Counted from the first letter of the stretch, positions 45,355 through 55,316 are shown. The stretch is DNA of 64,000 nucleotides from Vulcanimicrobiota bacterium (GCA_963758805.1 CAVWWP010000002.1:222918-286917); one strand, 5' to 3'. Notes: generated by a model not told the origin, from the sequence alone. Made by a program: numbers and translations.

Positions 45355-46454
45355 ACCCGCAAGCGCTGCGCCGTTACAGCCGGCATCTGCTCATACCCGA
45401 GATCGGCTTACCAGGGCAGGAGCGTCTCGCTCGAGCGCGCGCGCTGGTCATTGGGGCAGGCGGATTGGGATCCGCCGCATTGCAGTACCTCGCGGCCGCC
45501 GGCATCGGGCGAATCGGTATCGTCGACGACGATTGCGTCGACGAGACAAACCTCCAGCGCCAAACGATCTTTGCTACCGCCGATATCGGACGAAAGAAGG
45601 CGATTGCGGCGGCCGAGCGCGTGCGCGCCATTAATCCGCTCGTCGCTGCGGACGCGCTACCGGTGCGCTTCGACGAGACAAGCGCGCGCGAACTGGTCGG
45701 GGTCTACGACGTCGTGCTCGACTGCACCGACCGATTCGAGTCGCGCTATTTGATTAATGACGCGTGCGTCTTGGAGAAGAAGCCGGACGTGTACGGTTCG
45801 ATCTTTCGGTTCGACGGTCAAGTGAGTGTCTTCGGGGTCGCCGGCGGTCCGTGCTATCGTTGCCTTTATCCGCAACCGCCTCCGGCGGGAAGCGTACCGA
45901 GTTGCGCCGAGGGCGGCGTCTTGGGCGTGCTGGCGGGGATCGTCGGAACGTGGCAGGCAAACGAAGCCCTGAAGTTTTTACTTGGTATTGGTGAGCTCTT
46001 GGCGGGACGGCTGCTGCTCGTCGACGCGCTCGGCGCGCACGTCCGAGAGGTGCGCTTCGAACGCGACGCGGCGTGCGAGCTCTGCGGCGAGAGGCCGACG
46101 ATCGCCGACGCAAAGGCCAGTCCGGCCGACGAGCCGCCTGCGCCGGATCTCTCCGAGATCGATCCGGAGCGGCTCGATGAAACGCTGCGCGCGGCGATAT
46201 TACTCGACGTACGCGAACCGCATGAGATGGTGCTGGGTACGCTCGACGGAGCGGTAAACATCCCCGCTTCGCAGCTCGAAGAGCGCATGCATGAGCTCGA
46301 TAGCGCCCAATGGTACGTCGTAGCGTGCCGCGTCGGGGTCAAATCATCGTGGGCAGCGGGACGCCTGCGGGATGCCGGCTTCCGCCGCTTGCACCATCTG
46401 CGTGGCGGCCTGCTCGGATACGCCGCAAGTCATGCGGACTTTGACGTTTTTTGA
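45351..46454 (+). CDS. moeB: Molybdopterin-synthase adenylyltransferase/sulfurtransferase (MoeB/ThiF domain + C-terminal rhodanese, MoeZ type)
   Basis: GTGA overlap with the upstream stop. RYSRHLLIPEIG, GAGGLGS, NLQRQ, CYRCLYP...PSCAEGGVLG. Rhodanese domain with active-site CRVGVKS. Confidence 0.9.
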   Translation: MNPQALRRYSRHLLIPEIGLPGQERLARARALVIGAGGLGSAALQYLAAAGIGRIGIVDDDCVDETNLQRQTIFATADIGRKKAIAAAERVRAINPLVAADALPVRFDETSARELVGVYDVVLDCTDRFESRYLINDACVLEKKPDVYGSIFRFDGQVSVFGVAGGPCYRCLYPQPPPAGSVPSCAEGGVLGVLAGIVGTWQANEALKFLLGIGELLAGRLLLVDALGAHVREVRFERDAACELCGERPTIADAKASPADEPPAPDLSEIDPERLDETLRAAILLDVREPHEMVLGTLDGAVNIPASQLEERMHELDSAQWYVVACRVGVKSSWAAGRLRDAGFRRLHHLRGGLLGYAASHADFDVF

Positions 46455-46458
46455 CGCA

Positions 46459-47310
46459 ATGAAGTACAAACTTTTCGGGACGACGGGCGTCGAGGTTCCG
46501 GCGATCGGCCAAGGGACGTGGAATATGCCCGAGAGCGGGTCGCGTCTCGCGGAAGCGACGCGCGCGCTTCGGCGCGGCGTGGAACTCGGCATGACCCACA
46601 TCGACACTGCCGAGATGTATGGCTCAGGTCGCGTCGAGGAGTTAGTCGGCCTGGCACTTGCGGACATCTCGCGCGAGCGGCTGTTCATCACGACGAAGGT
46701 TCTTCCAAGCAACGGACGCTATGCGGCGACACTCGCGGCCGCCGACCGGAGCATCCGCCGGTTGCAATGCGATTATTTGGATCTCTACCTCCTCCACTGG
46801 CCCGGTTCGCATCCGCTTGAGGAGACGATGCGCGCGCTTGAAACCTTGGTCGAGCAGGGCAAAAGCCGCTTTATCGGTGTCAGCAACTTCGACGCCGGCG
46901 AGATGCTCGAGGCCGCATCGTATCTGCAGTCGGTGCCGCTAACCTGCAATCAAGTGCTCTACCATCTCCACGAACGCGGCATCGAACATCAACTCGTGAG
47001 GGTCGCGCGCGAACGCGGGGTTGCAATCGTCGCGTACACGCCTTTCGGCCGCGAGCGGCTTCCCGCCGCTGAGATGGAACCATCCGGCGCCATAGGGCGC
47101 GTCGCGCGTAAGCACGGCGCGACGCCGCGCCAAGTAATTCTCGCTTTCCTGACTCGGGAACCGAACGTTTTTGCCATACCGAAGTCGGCTACCGTGGCGC
47201 ACGTGGAAGAGAATGCCGGCGCGGGCGATCTTGCGCTCGATGCCGGCGACGTAGCGCTCATCGATGCCGCGTTTCCGCTCGACGCCGAAGGTCCGCTGGC
47301 GATGTTATGA
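46459..47310 (+). CDS. Aldo/keto reductase
   Basis: IGQGTWNM, HIDTAEMYG, YLDLYLLHWP, IPKSATVAHVEEN. Confidence 0.85.
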   Translation: MKYKLFGTTGVEVPAIGQGTWNMPESGSRLAEATRALRRGVELGMTHIDTAEMYGSGRVEELVGLALADISRERLFITTKVLPSNGRYAATLAAADRSIRRLQCDYLDLYLLHWPGSHPLEETMRALETLVEQGKSRFIGVSNFDAGEMLEAASYLQSVPLTCNQVLYHLHERGIEHQLVRVARERGVAIVAYTPFGRERLPAAEMEPSGAIGRVARKHGATPRQVILAFLTREPNVFAIPKSATVAHVEENAGAGDLALDAGDVALIDAAFPLDAEGPLAML

Positions 47311-48453
47311 GGGCGACGATGCCGGACGCGGCGCGAATCAAGGTGCTCGCGGTCGAGAAAGCTAGACAACTTGGCGCGCGCGACGTGCGCGTTGCGCCCG
47401 CATTCGTGGATGCGCGATCTCGCGAACGCATGCGTGCCGCATTCAAGCGTGGAGACTTGCAGAGTTGGGGATATAGCGATGAGTATGCTCGCCGGGCCTG
47501 CGATCCTCACGATCTGCTGCGCGAAGCACGCAGCGTCGTCTGCATTGCTATGTCGTATGCGACCGCGGAACCCGACGGCTACCAACCTTTGCACGGGCGC
47601 GTCTCGAACTACGCATGGTCGTCCGACTACCATGTGCGCGTGCACGCGCTGTTGGCCGGCGTCGCACGGACGATCGACGAAGCGGCCGGCGCTGCCGGTC
47701 ACGGCGGTTGCATGCGACACGCGACCGTTAGCAGAGCGTGCGTTTGCGGCACGGGCCGGCCTTGGCTGGATTGGAAAGCACACGAATCTCATCTCGCCGT
47801 CGCTCGGCTCGTTCGTCTTTTTGGGCGAGATCGTCACGAGCGTCGAACTGCCGCCGGACGCGCCGCTCTCGAAGAGCTGCGGCGCGTGCGTCAGGTGCAT
47901 TGACGCCTGCCCGACACGGGCGCTGCGTGGAGATTATACGATCGATGCCAACCGGTGCATCTCGGATCTGACGCAGCGGGTCGGCGCGATCCCGATGGCG
48001 ATGCGACCGTTGGTCGGCGACTGGGTCTGGGGCTGCGACGTTTGCCAATCGGCCTGTCCTCCGACGCAACGCGCGGGGAACCAGGGGAGCCAAGCCGACC
48101 GGCCGCTCGACGATGCTGCAGCGCGCCCGTCGCTCGTCGCACTCTTGAGGATGCGTAGCGGGGAGTTCAAACGCCGGTACCGGGCGACGGCAATGGGTTG
48201 GCGGGGGCCGGCCGTCTTGCGCCGGAACGCCGCCGTCGCGCTCGGAAATGCGCTCGACCGTTCGGCCGTGGAGGCGTTGATCGAAAGTTTGTGTGCCGAT
48301 CCCCATCCGATGGTACGGGGGCATGCCGCCTGGGCGCTAGGCCGCATCGGCAGCCCGAAGGCGCTAGCAGCATTGCGGACGCGGCTGGACGCCGAAGAGG
48401 GGGAAATGGTACGCACCGAGATCGCCGCCGCCCTGGAGTCCTTCGAGCGGTGA
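47307..48453 (+). pseudogene. queG: Epoxyqueuosine reductase, frame broken by one extra nucleotide near 47697 as assembled
   Basis: The N-part (...HGRVSNYAWSSDYHVRVHALLAGVARTIDEAAG) is in the frame of ORF 47307..47903. The remainder (VACDTRPLAERAFAARAGLGWIGKHTNLISP, CGACVRCIDACP, CDVCQSACP, HEAT repeats) is in the frame of ORF 47371..48453. Confidence 0.85.
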
Positions 48454-49085
48454 GCTGCCTGCGGCCGCCGATCTTAGCGGCGCTGCTTGCGAGCGCGGCA
48501 ACTGCACTGCCGCTTGCGAGCGAATCGGCGGAAAGCTTGCTTACCCGGATGGCGGCGGTCAACCCGGATCTGCGCTCCTTTAAGGCGACGCTGCACGCGC
48601 ACGTAGCGCTGCGTTCGTTTCCGTTCCTCTCGACCGATTTGGTCGGTACGTACTACTACCGGCAACCCGACAAGAACAAGGTCGTCTTTAATAGCGGCGT
48701 CCCGTCGGTCGACCAGCAGTTCGACAAGCTCTACGCACGAATCGAGAGTCCATCGCAATGGATGGACCTCAATACCGTGACTGTCGTCTCTGACGATGGG
48801 AAGACGACGACCTTCAATTTGGTTCCGCGTAAGCACGGCAACGTCGACCGCATCGTTGCGACCGCCGACGACAAGAGCGCCACGGTCGAGTCGATGCGCT
48901 GGGAGTACGCGAACGGCGGCTACGCGGAGATGACCAACCATTACGAACGTATCGACGGGAATCTTTTGGTCACGGCGCAGAGCGCGCACGTCGACGAGCC
49001 GAGCTACAGCGCCGACGTTACCTCGACGATCGACAACTATACCATCAACCCGGCGCTGCCCGACAGCGTCTTTGCGCAGCCGTAA
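48450..49085 (+). CDS. Secreted protein of unknown function (LolA/RseB-like by size and pattern, tentative)
   Basis: GTGA overlap with the queG stop. Signal peptide VSCLRPPILAALLASAATALPLASE. Confidence 0.45.
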   Translation: MSCLRPPILAALLASAATALPLASESAESLLTRMAAVNPDLRSFKATLHAHVALRSFPFLSTDLVGTYYYRQPDKNKVVFNSGVPSVDQQFDKLYARIESPSQWMDLNTVTVVSDDGKTTTFNLVPRKHGNVDRIVATADDKSATVESMRWEYANGGYAEMTNHYERIDGNLLVTAQSAHVDEPSYSADVTSTIDNYTINPALPDSVFAQP

Positions 49086-49086
49086 C

Positions 49087-50082
49087 GTGATCGCGCTTTC
49101 GTTGATCGACGGTTTCAACCGCCCGATCACGTACCTGCGGATCTCCGTGACCGACAAGTGCAACCTGCGCTGCGTCTACTGCATGCCCGAGGAAGGTCTG
49201 GCGTGGCTGCGCCGAGAGGACATCCTCAGCTACGAAGAGATCACCGCCATCGTGCGCGCCGCGGCATCGGTCGGCGTTCGTTCGATTCGTTTGACCGGCG
49301 GCGAGCCGTTGCTGCGCCGCGATCTCAACCGGCTCGTTGAGGCAATCGCAAGCGTGGAGGGTATCGAGGATATCGCCCTTTCGACGAACGGACTGCTCCT
49401 TGAAAGCCAGGTGGAGGCCTTAGCCGCGGCCGGCCTGACCCGCGTCAACGTCTCGCTCGATACGCTGCGCACCGATCGATTCGAGCAGATCGCACGTCGC
49501 AGCGGCCTGGACGCGGTTCTGCGCGGCATCGATGCTGCAATCGCAGCCGGTTTGACGCCGGTCAAACTCAACTGCGTAGTCATGCGCGGGACAAACGACG
49601 ACGAGTTGCCGGCGTTTGCGGCACTGACGCGCGAGCGCGCGCTCTTCGTCCGGTTCATCGAGGTCATGCCCGTGCACGAGAATCTGGGGCTTCAGCAGAG
49701 TACGTTCATTTCCGCAGCCGAGATGCTCGAATCCATCTCGTCGATCGGCGAAGTGCGGCCGGCATCGGGGCCGGGCGGCAACGGTCCGGCGCGCTACTTT
49801 GCATTCCCGAACTCGGCCGGAGCATTCGGCGTAATCAGTCCGCTTTCGCACGAGTACTGCGAACGCTGCAACCGCGTTCGGCTAACGGCGGACGGGCGAC
49901 TGCGCCTATGCCTGTTCGGCGACCAACACCTCGATTTGCGCGCGCCGCTGCGCGCGGGAGCGAGCACCGGCGACCTCGCGGAGCTCCTGCAGTCGGCGAT
50001 GCTCATCAAGCCCGAGCGCCATCACCTGCGTCTTGGGGAGGCAAGTTCGCGGATGCGCGCCTTTTCCGAGATCGGCGGATGA
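49087..50082 (+). CDS. moaA: GTP 3',8-cyclase (radical SAM)
   Basis: YLRISVTDKCNLRCVYCMPEEG, LTGGEPLLR, C-terminal CERCNRVRLTADGRLRLCLF. Confidence 0.9.
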   Translation: MIALSLIDGFNRPITYLRISVTDKCNLRCVYCMPEEGLAWLRREDILSYEEITAIVRAAASVGVRSIRLTGGEPLLRRDLNRLVEAIASVEGIEDIALSTNGLLLESQVEALAAAGLTRVNVSLDTLRTDRFEQIARRSGLDAVLRGIDAAIAAGLTPVKLNCVVMRGTNDDELPAFAALTRERALFVRFIEVMPVHENLGLQQSTFISAAEMLESISSIGEVRPASGPGGNGPARYFAFPNSAGAFGVISPLSHEYCERCNRVRLTADGRLRLCLFGDQHLDLRAPLRAGASTGDLAELLQSAMLIKPERHHLRLGEASSRMRAFSEIGG

Positions 50083-50139
50083 CCGCCCCGGCGTCACAGC
50101 CGTACGGCTCGTGACGTTGAGGTGGTAGAGGAGGCGGGC

Positions 50140-50676
50140 ATGGATGACGCCTACGCGGAGATCGACGCAACATCGTTGGCGCAGGCCCGCGTCGATGCGA
50201 TGGCACGCGGCTATCAGACGAAGCTGGCGCGCTACCTGCGACGCATGGTCGGCGATGCCGAGACGGCGCTCGATTTGACGCAGGACGTCTTTCTCTCCGC
50301 GTACCGCATGCTGCGTGCTGACCCCAGCCGCGAGCTGACACCCGGCTGGCTCTATCGAGCGGCGACGAACGGCGCGATCTCGCTCATGCGCCGAAAGAAG
50401 ATTCTGCGCATCCTTCCACTCGATCGGGACGTGGATCGTCCCGCGATCGCGGGGAGTGCGAGCTGGCGAATCGACGAGCGCAGCGCGGCGAGCGTGGACC
50501 TGCAAGCCGCATTGCGGCGCCTGCCGGCGGAGCAGTCTGCAGCGTTGCTCCTGACGAGCTACGCGGGTTACTCTTCGGCCGAAGCGGCGGAGATCCTCGG
50601 GACCACCGCAGATGCGGTACGGCAGCGCGTCTGCCGCGCGATGCGCGTGCTGCGAAATGTGATGAAGGAGACATAA
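50140..50676 (+). CDS. ECF (group 4) RNA polymerase sigma factor
   Basis: GGAGG SD and ATG 50140. Region 2 DAETALDLTQDVFLSAY. Region 4 YSSAEAAEILGTTADAVRQRVCRA. Confidence 0.85.
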   Translation: MDDAYAEIDATSLAQARVDAMARGYQTKLARYLRRMVGDAETALDLTQDVFLSAYRMLRADPSRELTPGWLYRAATNGAISLMRRKKILRILPLDRDVDRPAIAGSASWRIDERSAASVDLQAALRRLPAEQSAALLLTSYAGYSSAEAAEILGTTADAVRQRVCRAMRVLRNVMKET

Positions 50677-50678
50677 CG

Positions 50679-51434
50679 ATGGTTCAGTTGGATTGCCTGG
50701 GTGCCGAAGCTCTTGCCGGTGCGATCGCGCTGCGCGAAGCGACCGATGTGGAACGCCAGGCGTTCCGCCTGCACCTGACATCGTGCAAACGCTGCGTCGA
50801 AACGATCGGCGGCGAGCACGAGATCGAACGGATCGCCGATAGCGTTGCACAGGCGCGCGAGAGCGAGCGCTGGGAGCCGGCGCTGCCGAAGGTTACCGGC
50901 AAGTCGGCCAGCAGGCTGCGCCGGATCCCGCAATGGACGGGCGCGGTTGCGGCGGTTGCCGTCATCGGGCTCGGCATCTACACACTTGCGGAACGCGCCG
51001 CCGAGCATCCGATCGTCGTCGTGCAGAACGTCGTCACGCTCGCGCGTCCGACGGCCCAAGAGAAACGCTCGATCGCGGCGCTGAGCACGCAGATCACTCC
51101 GAAATCCGAACAGCAAGCCGAGTCGCTCAAGCTGGAATCGGGGTCCGCGGCGGTGCGCGACGTCACCCCGGTCGGCGGCGAGGGCGCGCTCGTGCCGCAT
51201 CCGCCCGCGATTGCGTATCAAGAGGGCGCGGAGGGAACCACGGCGTTCGGGGTCCTGGTCGATCGCCATGGCAAGCCGCTCGGCTGCACGATCGAGAAGA
51301 GCTCGGGCTACAAGGCCCTGGACGACGCGGTCTGCCACGCCGCGATGCAGGCGCGCTATGTGCCGCGAACGATCGACGGACATGCGGTCGACGCGGTCTA
51401 TCGCGACGCGTTCACCTTTCGATCGAGTAATTAG
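50679..51434 (+). CDS. Zinc-binding (ZAS-type) anti-sigma factor with single TM helix and C-terminal TonB-C domain
   Basis: C6 plus H32-x3-C36-x2-C39 (HLTSCKRC). TM WTGAVAAVAVIGLGIYTL. C-terminal YQEGAEGTTAFGVLVDRHGKPLGCTIEKSSGYKALDDAV...Y.P (TonB_C pattern). Confidence 0.7.
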   Translation: MVQLDCLGAEALAGAIALREATDVERQAFRLHLTSCKRCVETIGGEHEIERIADSVAQARESERWEPALPKVTGKSASRLRRIPQWTGAVAAVAVIGLGIYTLAERAAEHPIVVVQNVVTLARPTAQEKRSIAALSTQITPKSEQQAESLKLESGSAAVRDVTPVGGEGALVPHPPAIAYQEGAEGTTAFGVLVDRHGKPLGCTIEKSSGYKALDDAVCHAAMQARYVPRTIDGHAVDAVYRDAFTFRSSN

Positions 51435-51506
51435 AACCCATCTCGAAAACCCGCGTGGCCGGCTAGGCCGGGGGACCGCCACGGTTCGCCCGAATCGAGC
51501 CTGCCA

Positions 51507-52928
51507 ATGGACGGACCGTTCGTCTATCGGTTCACAAACGATCTGCGTCTCGACGACCACGCCGGCCTGGCGGCGGCGGCCTCGCATGGCAACGTGCTTC
51601 CGTTGCTCATTGTCGATCCGGGCCTTCACCAGCGCCTCGCCCACTCGCCGCGACGCGCGGCGTTCTTCTGCTCCGCCGTTGCCGCACTCGACGAAGAGCT
51701 TCGCGAGCGCGGCAGCAGGCTGGTCGTCCGGCGGGGTCCGCTCGACCGCATCCTGATCGAACTTTCGCGCGGCGTCGGAGCCTCCGGCGTCGCATGGAGC
51801 GCTTCGTACGGCGACGAACCGATCGGCGACGAACGGCGGCTGCAGGCCGCGCTCGAAGAAGCGGGCCTTGCGGCGCTCGCCGTGCACGATGCGCCTGCGG
51901 TGCCGCCCGAAGAGACGTCGGCCTCGCGATCGATAGCCGGACTCGGATACCGCGCGTTCGCACCATACTTCGACGTGTGGCAAGAGCGGCCGGTCGTGTC
52001 GCATGAGTTTCCGTTGCTCGTGCGCTTCGATGCCGCCGGTCTCGAGAGCGAGCCGCTCCCGCGCGCACAGGAGTTTGGCGCGACCGCAGCGCCGCCGGAA
52101 GCAAGCGCGCGTGCGGCGCGGGCAATATTCGAGCGGTTTCTAAGGAATGACGCGACGCAATATGCTTCGGCGGCGATCGTGCCGGCGCAGGATCGAACCT
52201 CGCATCTCGCAGCGCATCTTTCGTTCGGCACCATCTCGGCTCGAGCAATCGTTCGCGGCGTGCGCGACCGGCTGTCGGATCCGCTTGCGCTCAGCGAGGA
52301 GCGGCTCTCGCTCAAACGGTATCTGCGCGCGATCGCTCGACGCGATTTCTTCCTCCAGCTCGCGTGGTACCACCCCGATGCGCAGGAACGACCGCTTCAA
52401 GACCGGCTGGCGGATTTTCCGTGGAGCCGGACGCATACGGCGCTCGAGGCATGGAAGACCGGCACGACCGGCTTTCCTTTGGTCGACGCCGGCATTCGGC
52501 AACTCCACGCGACGGGCTGGATGCATCCGCTGGTGCGTGCGGTTGCAGCATCGTTTCTCTGTTTCGATCTGAACGTGGATTGGCGCGTCGGACGCGCCGA
52601 GTGGGAGAAATGGTTGATCGAGGACGATCCGGCTCTATCCGCTGGCAACTGGCAGTGGGTTGCGGGCGTGGGTGCCGATATGGCGCAATACCCGAGAATC
52701 TACAATCCCGAACGGCAGCGCCGCCGCTGCGACCCCGACGGGCTCTACGTTCGCCGATGGATCGAGGAGTTACGTCACACGCCGATGACAGCGTGGCAGC
52801 ATGCCGAAACGAACGCGTCGCAGCTCGCACTTGCGCTCTTCGAGAGTGCGTATCCTACGCCCGTGCTCGATCACGCGCCGGCGGCGCGGGCTTTTCTGGC
52901 GCGTTACCGCGCGTTCGTGTCGCTTTGA
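51507..52928 (+). CDS. phr: Deoxyribodipyrimidine photolyase / cryptochrome family
   Basis: N-terminal DLRLDDHAGL. FAD domain GTTGFPLVDAGIRQLHATGWMH, DDPALSAGNWQWVAG, RIYNPERQ. Confidence 0.9.
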   Translation: MDGPFVYRFTNDLRLDDHAGLAAAASHGNVLPLLIVDPGLHQRLAHSPRRAAFFCSAVAALDEELRERGSRLVVRRGPLDRILIELSRGVGASGVAWSASYGDEPIGDERRLQAALEEAGLAALAVHDAPAVPPEETSASRSIAGLGYRAFAPYFDVWQERPVVSHEFPLLVRFDAAGLESEPLPRAQEFGATAAPPEASARAARAIFERFLRNDATQYASAAIVPAQDRTSHLAAHLSFGTISARAIVRGVRDRLSDPLALSEERLSLKRYLRAIARRDFFLQLAWYHPDAQERPLQDRLADFPWSRTHTALEAWKTGTTGFPLVDAGIRQLHATGWMHPLVRAVAASFLCFDLNVDWRVGRAEWEKWLIEDDPALSAGNWQWVAGVGADMAQYPRIYNPERQRRRCDPDGLYVRRWIEELRHTPMTAWQHAETNASQLALALFESAYPTPVLDHAPAARAFLARYRAFVSL

Positions 52929-53476
52929 GCGAGGCGCTCGTCGATCCAACTCGTGATCACAGGAACGCTAAACTCATCGCCGTTCCAGGTCTTGATGCCG
53001 TAGTAGACGCTAGCGACGATAAACAGCGGCCCGAGCAGCGGCACCAAAATCCACGCCGAGATGCCGAGGAGCGGGATCTGCGCGAGAAGCGTCAGTAAGC
53101 CCGCGAATGCGTAGAAGCCGACGTTGAAGCCCAGCGCCTGAAACGTTTGCCGGCGCAGCTGCCGGGATTGCTTGCGGTCGAAGAGCGATACGAGCGCCAG
53201 TGGCCAGAGCGGATAACCGAGGGCGACGAGCGCGCGCGATTCGACCGGATCCGCCGGCGCTGCAACGGTCACGCTGCCGCGCACGGTCGCAGCCGCAGCA
53301 CGCGGAGGCACTTGGCCGGGAAGCTGTTGGCGGGTTGCGGTAGCGGCGTCGACCTTTGCGGCGAGCCGGCAGCTCGGGCAGCCGCCCCGCTCGTCGCGGC
53401 ACGTCGCACAGATCGGCTTCCCGCACTCGATGCATGGTGCAATCGACGGCACGTTGGCGTGAAAATAGCAGTCCAT
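52904..53476 (-). CDS. Zinc-ribbon + DUF4870 membrane protein
   Basis: N-terminal CYFH...CIECGKPICATCRDERGGCPSC, then TM region LWPLALVSLFDRKQSRQLRRQTFQAL typical of DUF4870. Confidence 0.6.
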   Translation of the reverse strand: MDCYFHANVPSIAPCIECGKPICATCRDERGGCPSCRLAAKVDAATATRQQLPGQVPPRAAAATVRGSVTVAAPADPVESRALVALGYPLWPLALVSLFDRKQSRQLRRQTFQALGFNVGFYAFAGLLTLLAQIPLLGISAWILVPLLGPLFIVASVYYGIKTWNGDEFSVPVITSWIDERLAQSDTNAR

Positions 53477-53564
53477 ATGCTCTCGCGGTCTCCTCTTTCA
53501 TTCCCACGTACCGTATTGCTCGCGGCAGGTTTCACCCCGCGGCGGCCGCAAGACCCTGGCCGCG

Positions 53565-55316
53565 ATGAGCCGTCGCTCGATCCTCTTGCGCCTGGCACGC
53601 GAGGCCCGGCCATACTATCCTCGCCTTGCCGTTGCGATGGGTCTCGGAGTCCTCGCCGGCGTCCTCTCGATCGTCCCTCCGCTGGCATTCCGCGTGATCA
53701 TCAACCAGGTGCTGGTTCCTCCGCGGGGTCATGCGCCGGACCTCAATGCGCTCTATCTTGCCTTGGGCGTGACCTCGATCGCGCTGCTCGTTGCCAACGC
53801 AATGATCTATGGGCAGACGTACCTGACTGCGTGGAGCGGACAACATCTCGTCGCCAGGTTGCGGGTGCGGCTGTTCTCGCGGCTCTTGAATCTGCCGCTC
53901 GGCGAGTTCGCCAAGTGGCGTCCGGGCGAGCTGATCGCCCGCTTCTCGACCGACCTGCAGATGATGATCGATGCGGTGAGCGTCTCCGTGCCGCAGTTGG
54001 TCGTCGCGCTCGCCACGTTCGTCTCATCCTTTGTGGCGATGATCTACCTCGATTGGCTGCTGACGCTTTCGCTCGTGCTGGTCGCACCGATCGTCTCGTT
54101 TGCCGTTTCAAAGTTTCAGCGGCTGATCACCGCGAGCACGCATCGCGCGCAGGAGCGCATCGCGGACCTCTCGGCCAATCTCGCGGAGATCCTCCAGGGT
54201 CAGCGCGTCGTCAAGTCCTTCGGACGAGAGGCCTTCGAAGTCGAACGGTTTCGCAATCGCAACGACGACTTCTTCGGCGCATACATGAAGCTCACGCAGT
54301 TCATCCAAACCCAGCCGCTGGTTGTTTCGACGATCATGGTCGCCGCCGTCGTCGCCATCATGTGGCTGTCCGTGCGCGAGGTCTTAGTCGGTCGCCTCGA
54401 TACCGGAAAAGTCTTCATGTATTGGGGCCTGCTAGTGAATCTCATGAATCCGATGAATCGCGTCGCCGCGTTCTTCGGCGACATCAGTAAGGCGATCGTC
54501 GGCGCCGGAAGAGTCTTCGAGCTGATGGACTTGCCCGTCGAAGTCGAGGATCCGCCGAATGCCGTGCCGTTGCGGGCGGTGCGCGGGCGCATCGAGTTCG
54601 TCGACGTAACTTTCCGGTACGCTCCCGGGGAGCCGCCGGCATTGCGCTCCGTGAACGCTACGATCGAAGCGGGCGAGATCGTCGCCTTCGTCGGACCTTC
54701 GGGTGCGGGAAAGACGACGATAGTCAATCTCGTGCCGCGCTTTTACGAGCCGCAGGAGGGTTGCGTCCGCGTCGACGGCGTGGACATCGCCGGCGTTCGT
54801 CTTTCGGATCTGCGCGCGTCGATTGCGATCGTCCCACAGGACGTGCAGCTCTTCCGAGCCTCGATTCTCGAGAACATTCGATACGGCCGGCTCGATGCAA
54901 GCGATGATGAGGTTCGCGCTGCGGCGCGCGAAGCGAACGTCGACGATTATGTGCAAACGTTCCCCGCGGGATACGCGACGGAAGTCGGCGAGCGAGGGGC
55001 GAGGCTCTCGGGCGGCGAGCGTCAGCGCATCGCTATTGCCCGCGCCGTACTGCGCGATCCGCGGATACTCATCCTCGACGAGGCGACGAGCGCGCTCGAC
55101 AGCCACTCCGAAGCGATGATCGAAGAGGCGCTCGACCGGCTCCTAAAAGGCCGCACGACCCTCATCATCGCGCATCGTCTCTCAACCGTGCGGCGCGCGC
55201 ACAAGGTACTCTATATCGAGAGCGGCCGAGTGCTCGAGGTTGGTACGCACGAAGAGCTGCTCGCGAAGCAGGGCCCTTACGCGCGATTGCACGCAGCGCA
55301 GTTTGCGGGTCTGTAG
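53565..55316 (+). CDS. ABC exporter, fused permease/ATPase (MsbA/multidrug type)
   Basis: 6-TM domain, Walker A GPSGAGKTT, LSGGERQRIAIARA, ILILDEATSALD. Confidence 0.9.
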   Translation: MSRRSILLRLAREARPYYPRLAVAMGLGVLAGVLSIVPPLAFRVIINQVLVPPRGHAPDLNALYLALGVTSIALLVANAMIYGQTYLTAWSGQHLVARLRVRLFSRLLNLPLGEFAKWRPGELIARFSTDLQMMIDAVSVSVPQLVVALATFVSSFVAMIYLDWLLTLSLVLVAPIVSFAVSKFQRLITASTHRAQERIADLSANLAEILQGQRVVKSFGREAFEVERFRNRNDDFFGAYMKLTQFIQTQPLVVSTIMVAAVVAIMWLSVREVLVGRLDTGKVFMYWGLLVNLMNPMNRVAAFFGDISKAIVGAGRVFELMDLPVEVEDPPNAVPLRAVRGRIEFVDVTFRYAPGEPPALRSVNATIEAGEIVAFVGPSGAGKTTIVNLVPRFYEPQEGCVRVDGVDIAGVRLSDLRASIAIVPQDVQLFRASILENIRYGRLDASDDEVRAAAREANVDDYVQTFPAGYATEVGERGARLSGGERQRIAIARAVLRDPRILILDEATSALDSHSEAMIEEALDRLLKGRTTLIIAHRLSTVRRAHKVLYIESGRVLEVGTHEELLAKQGPYARLHAAQFAGL

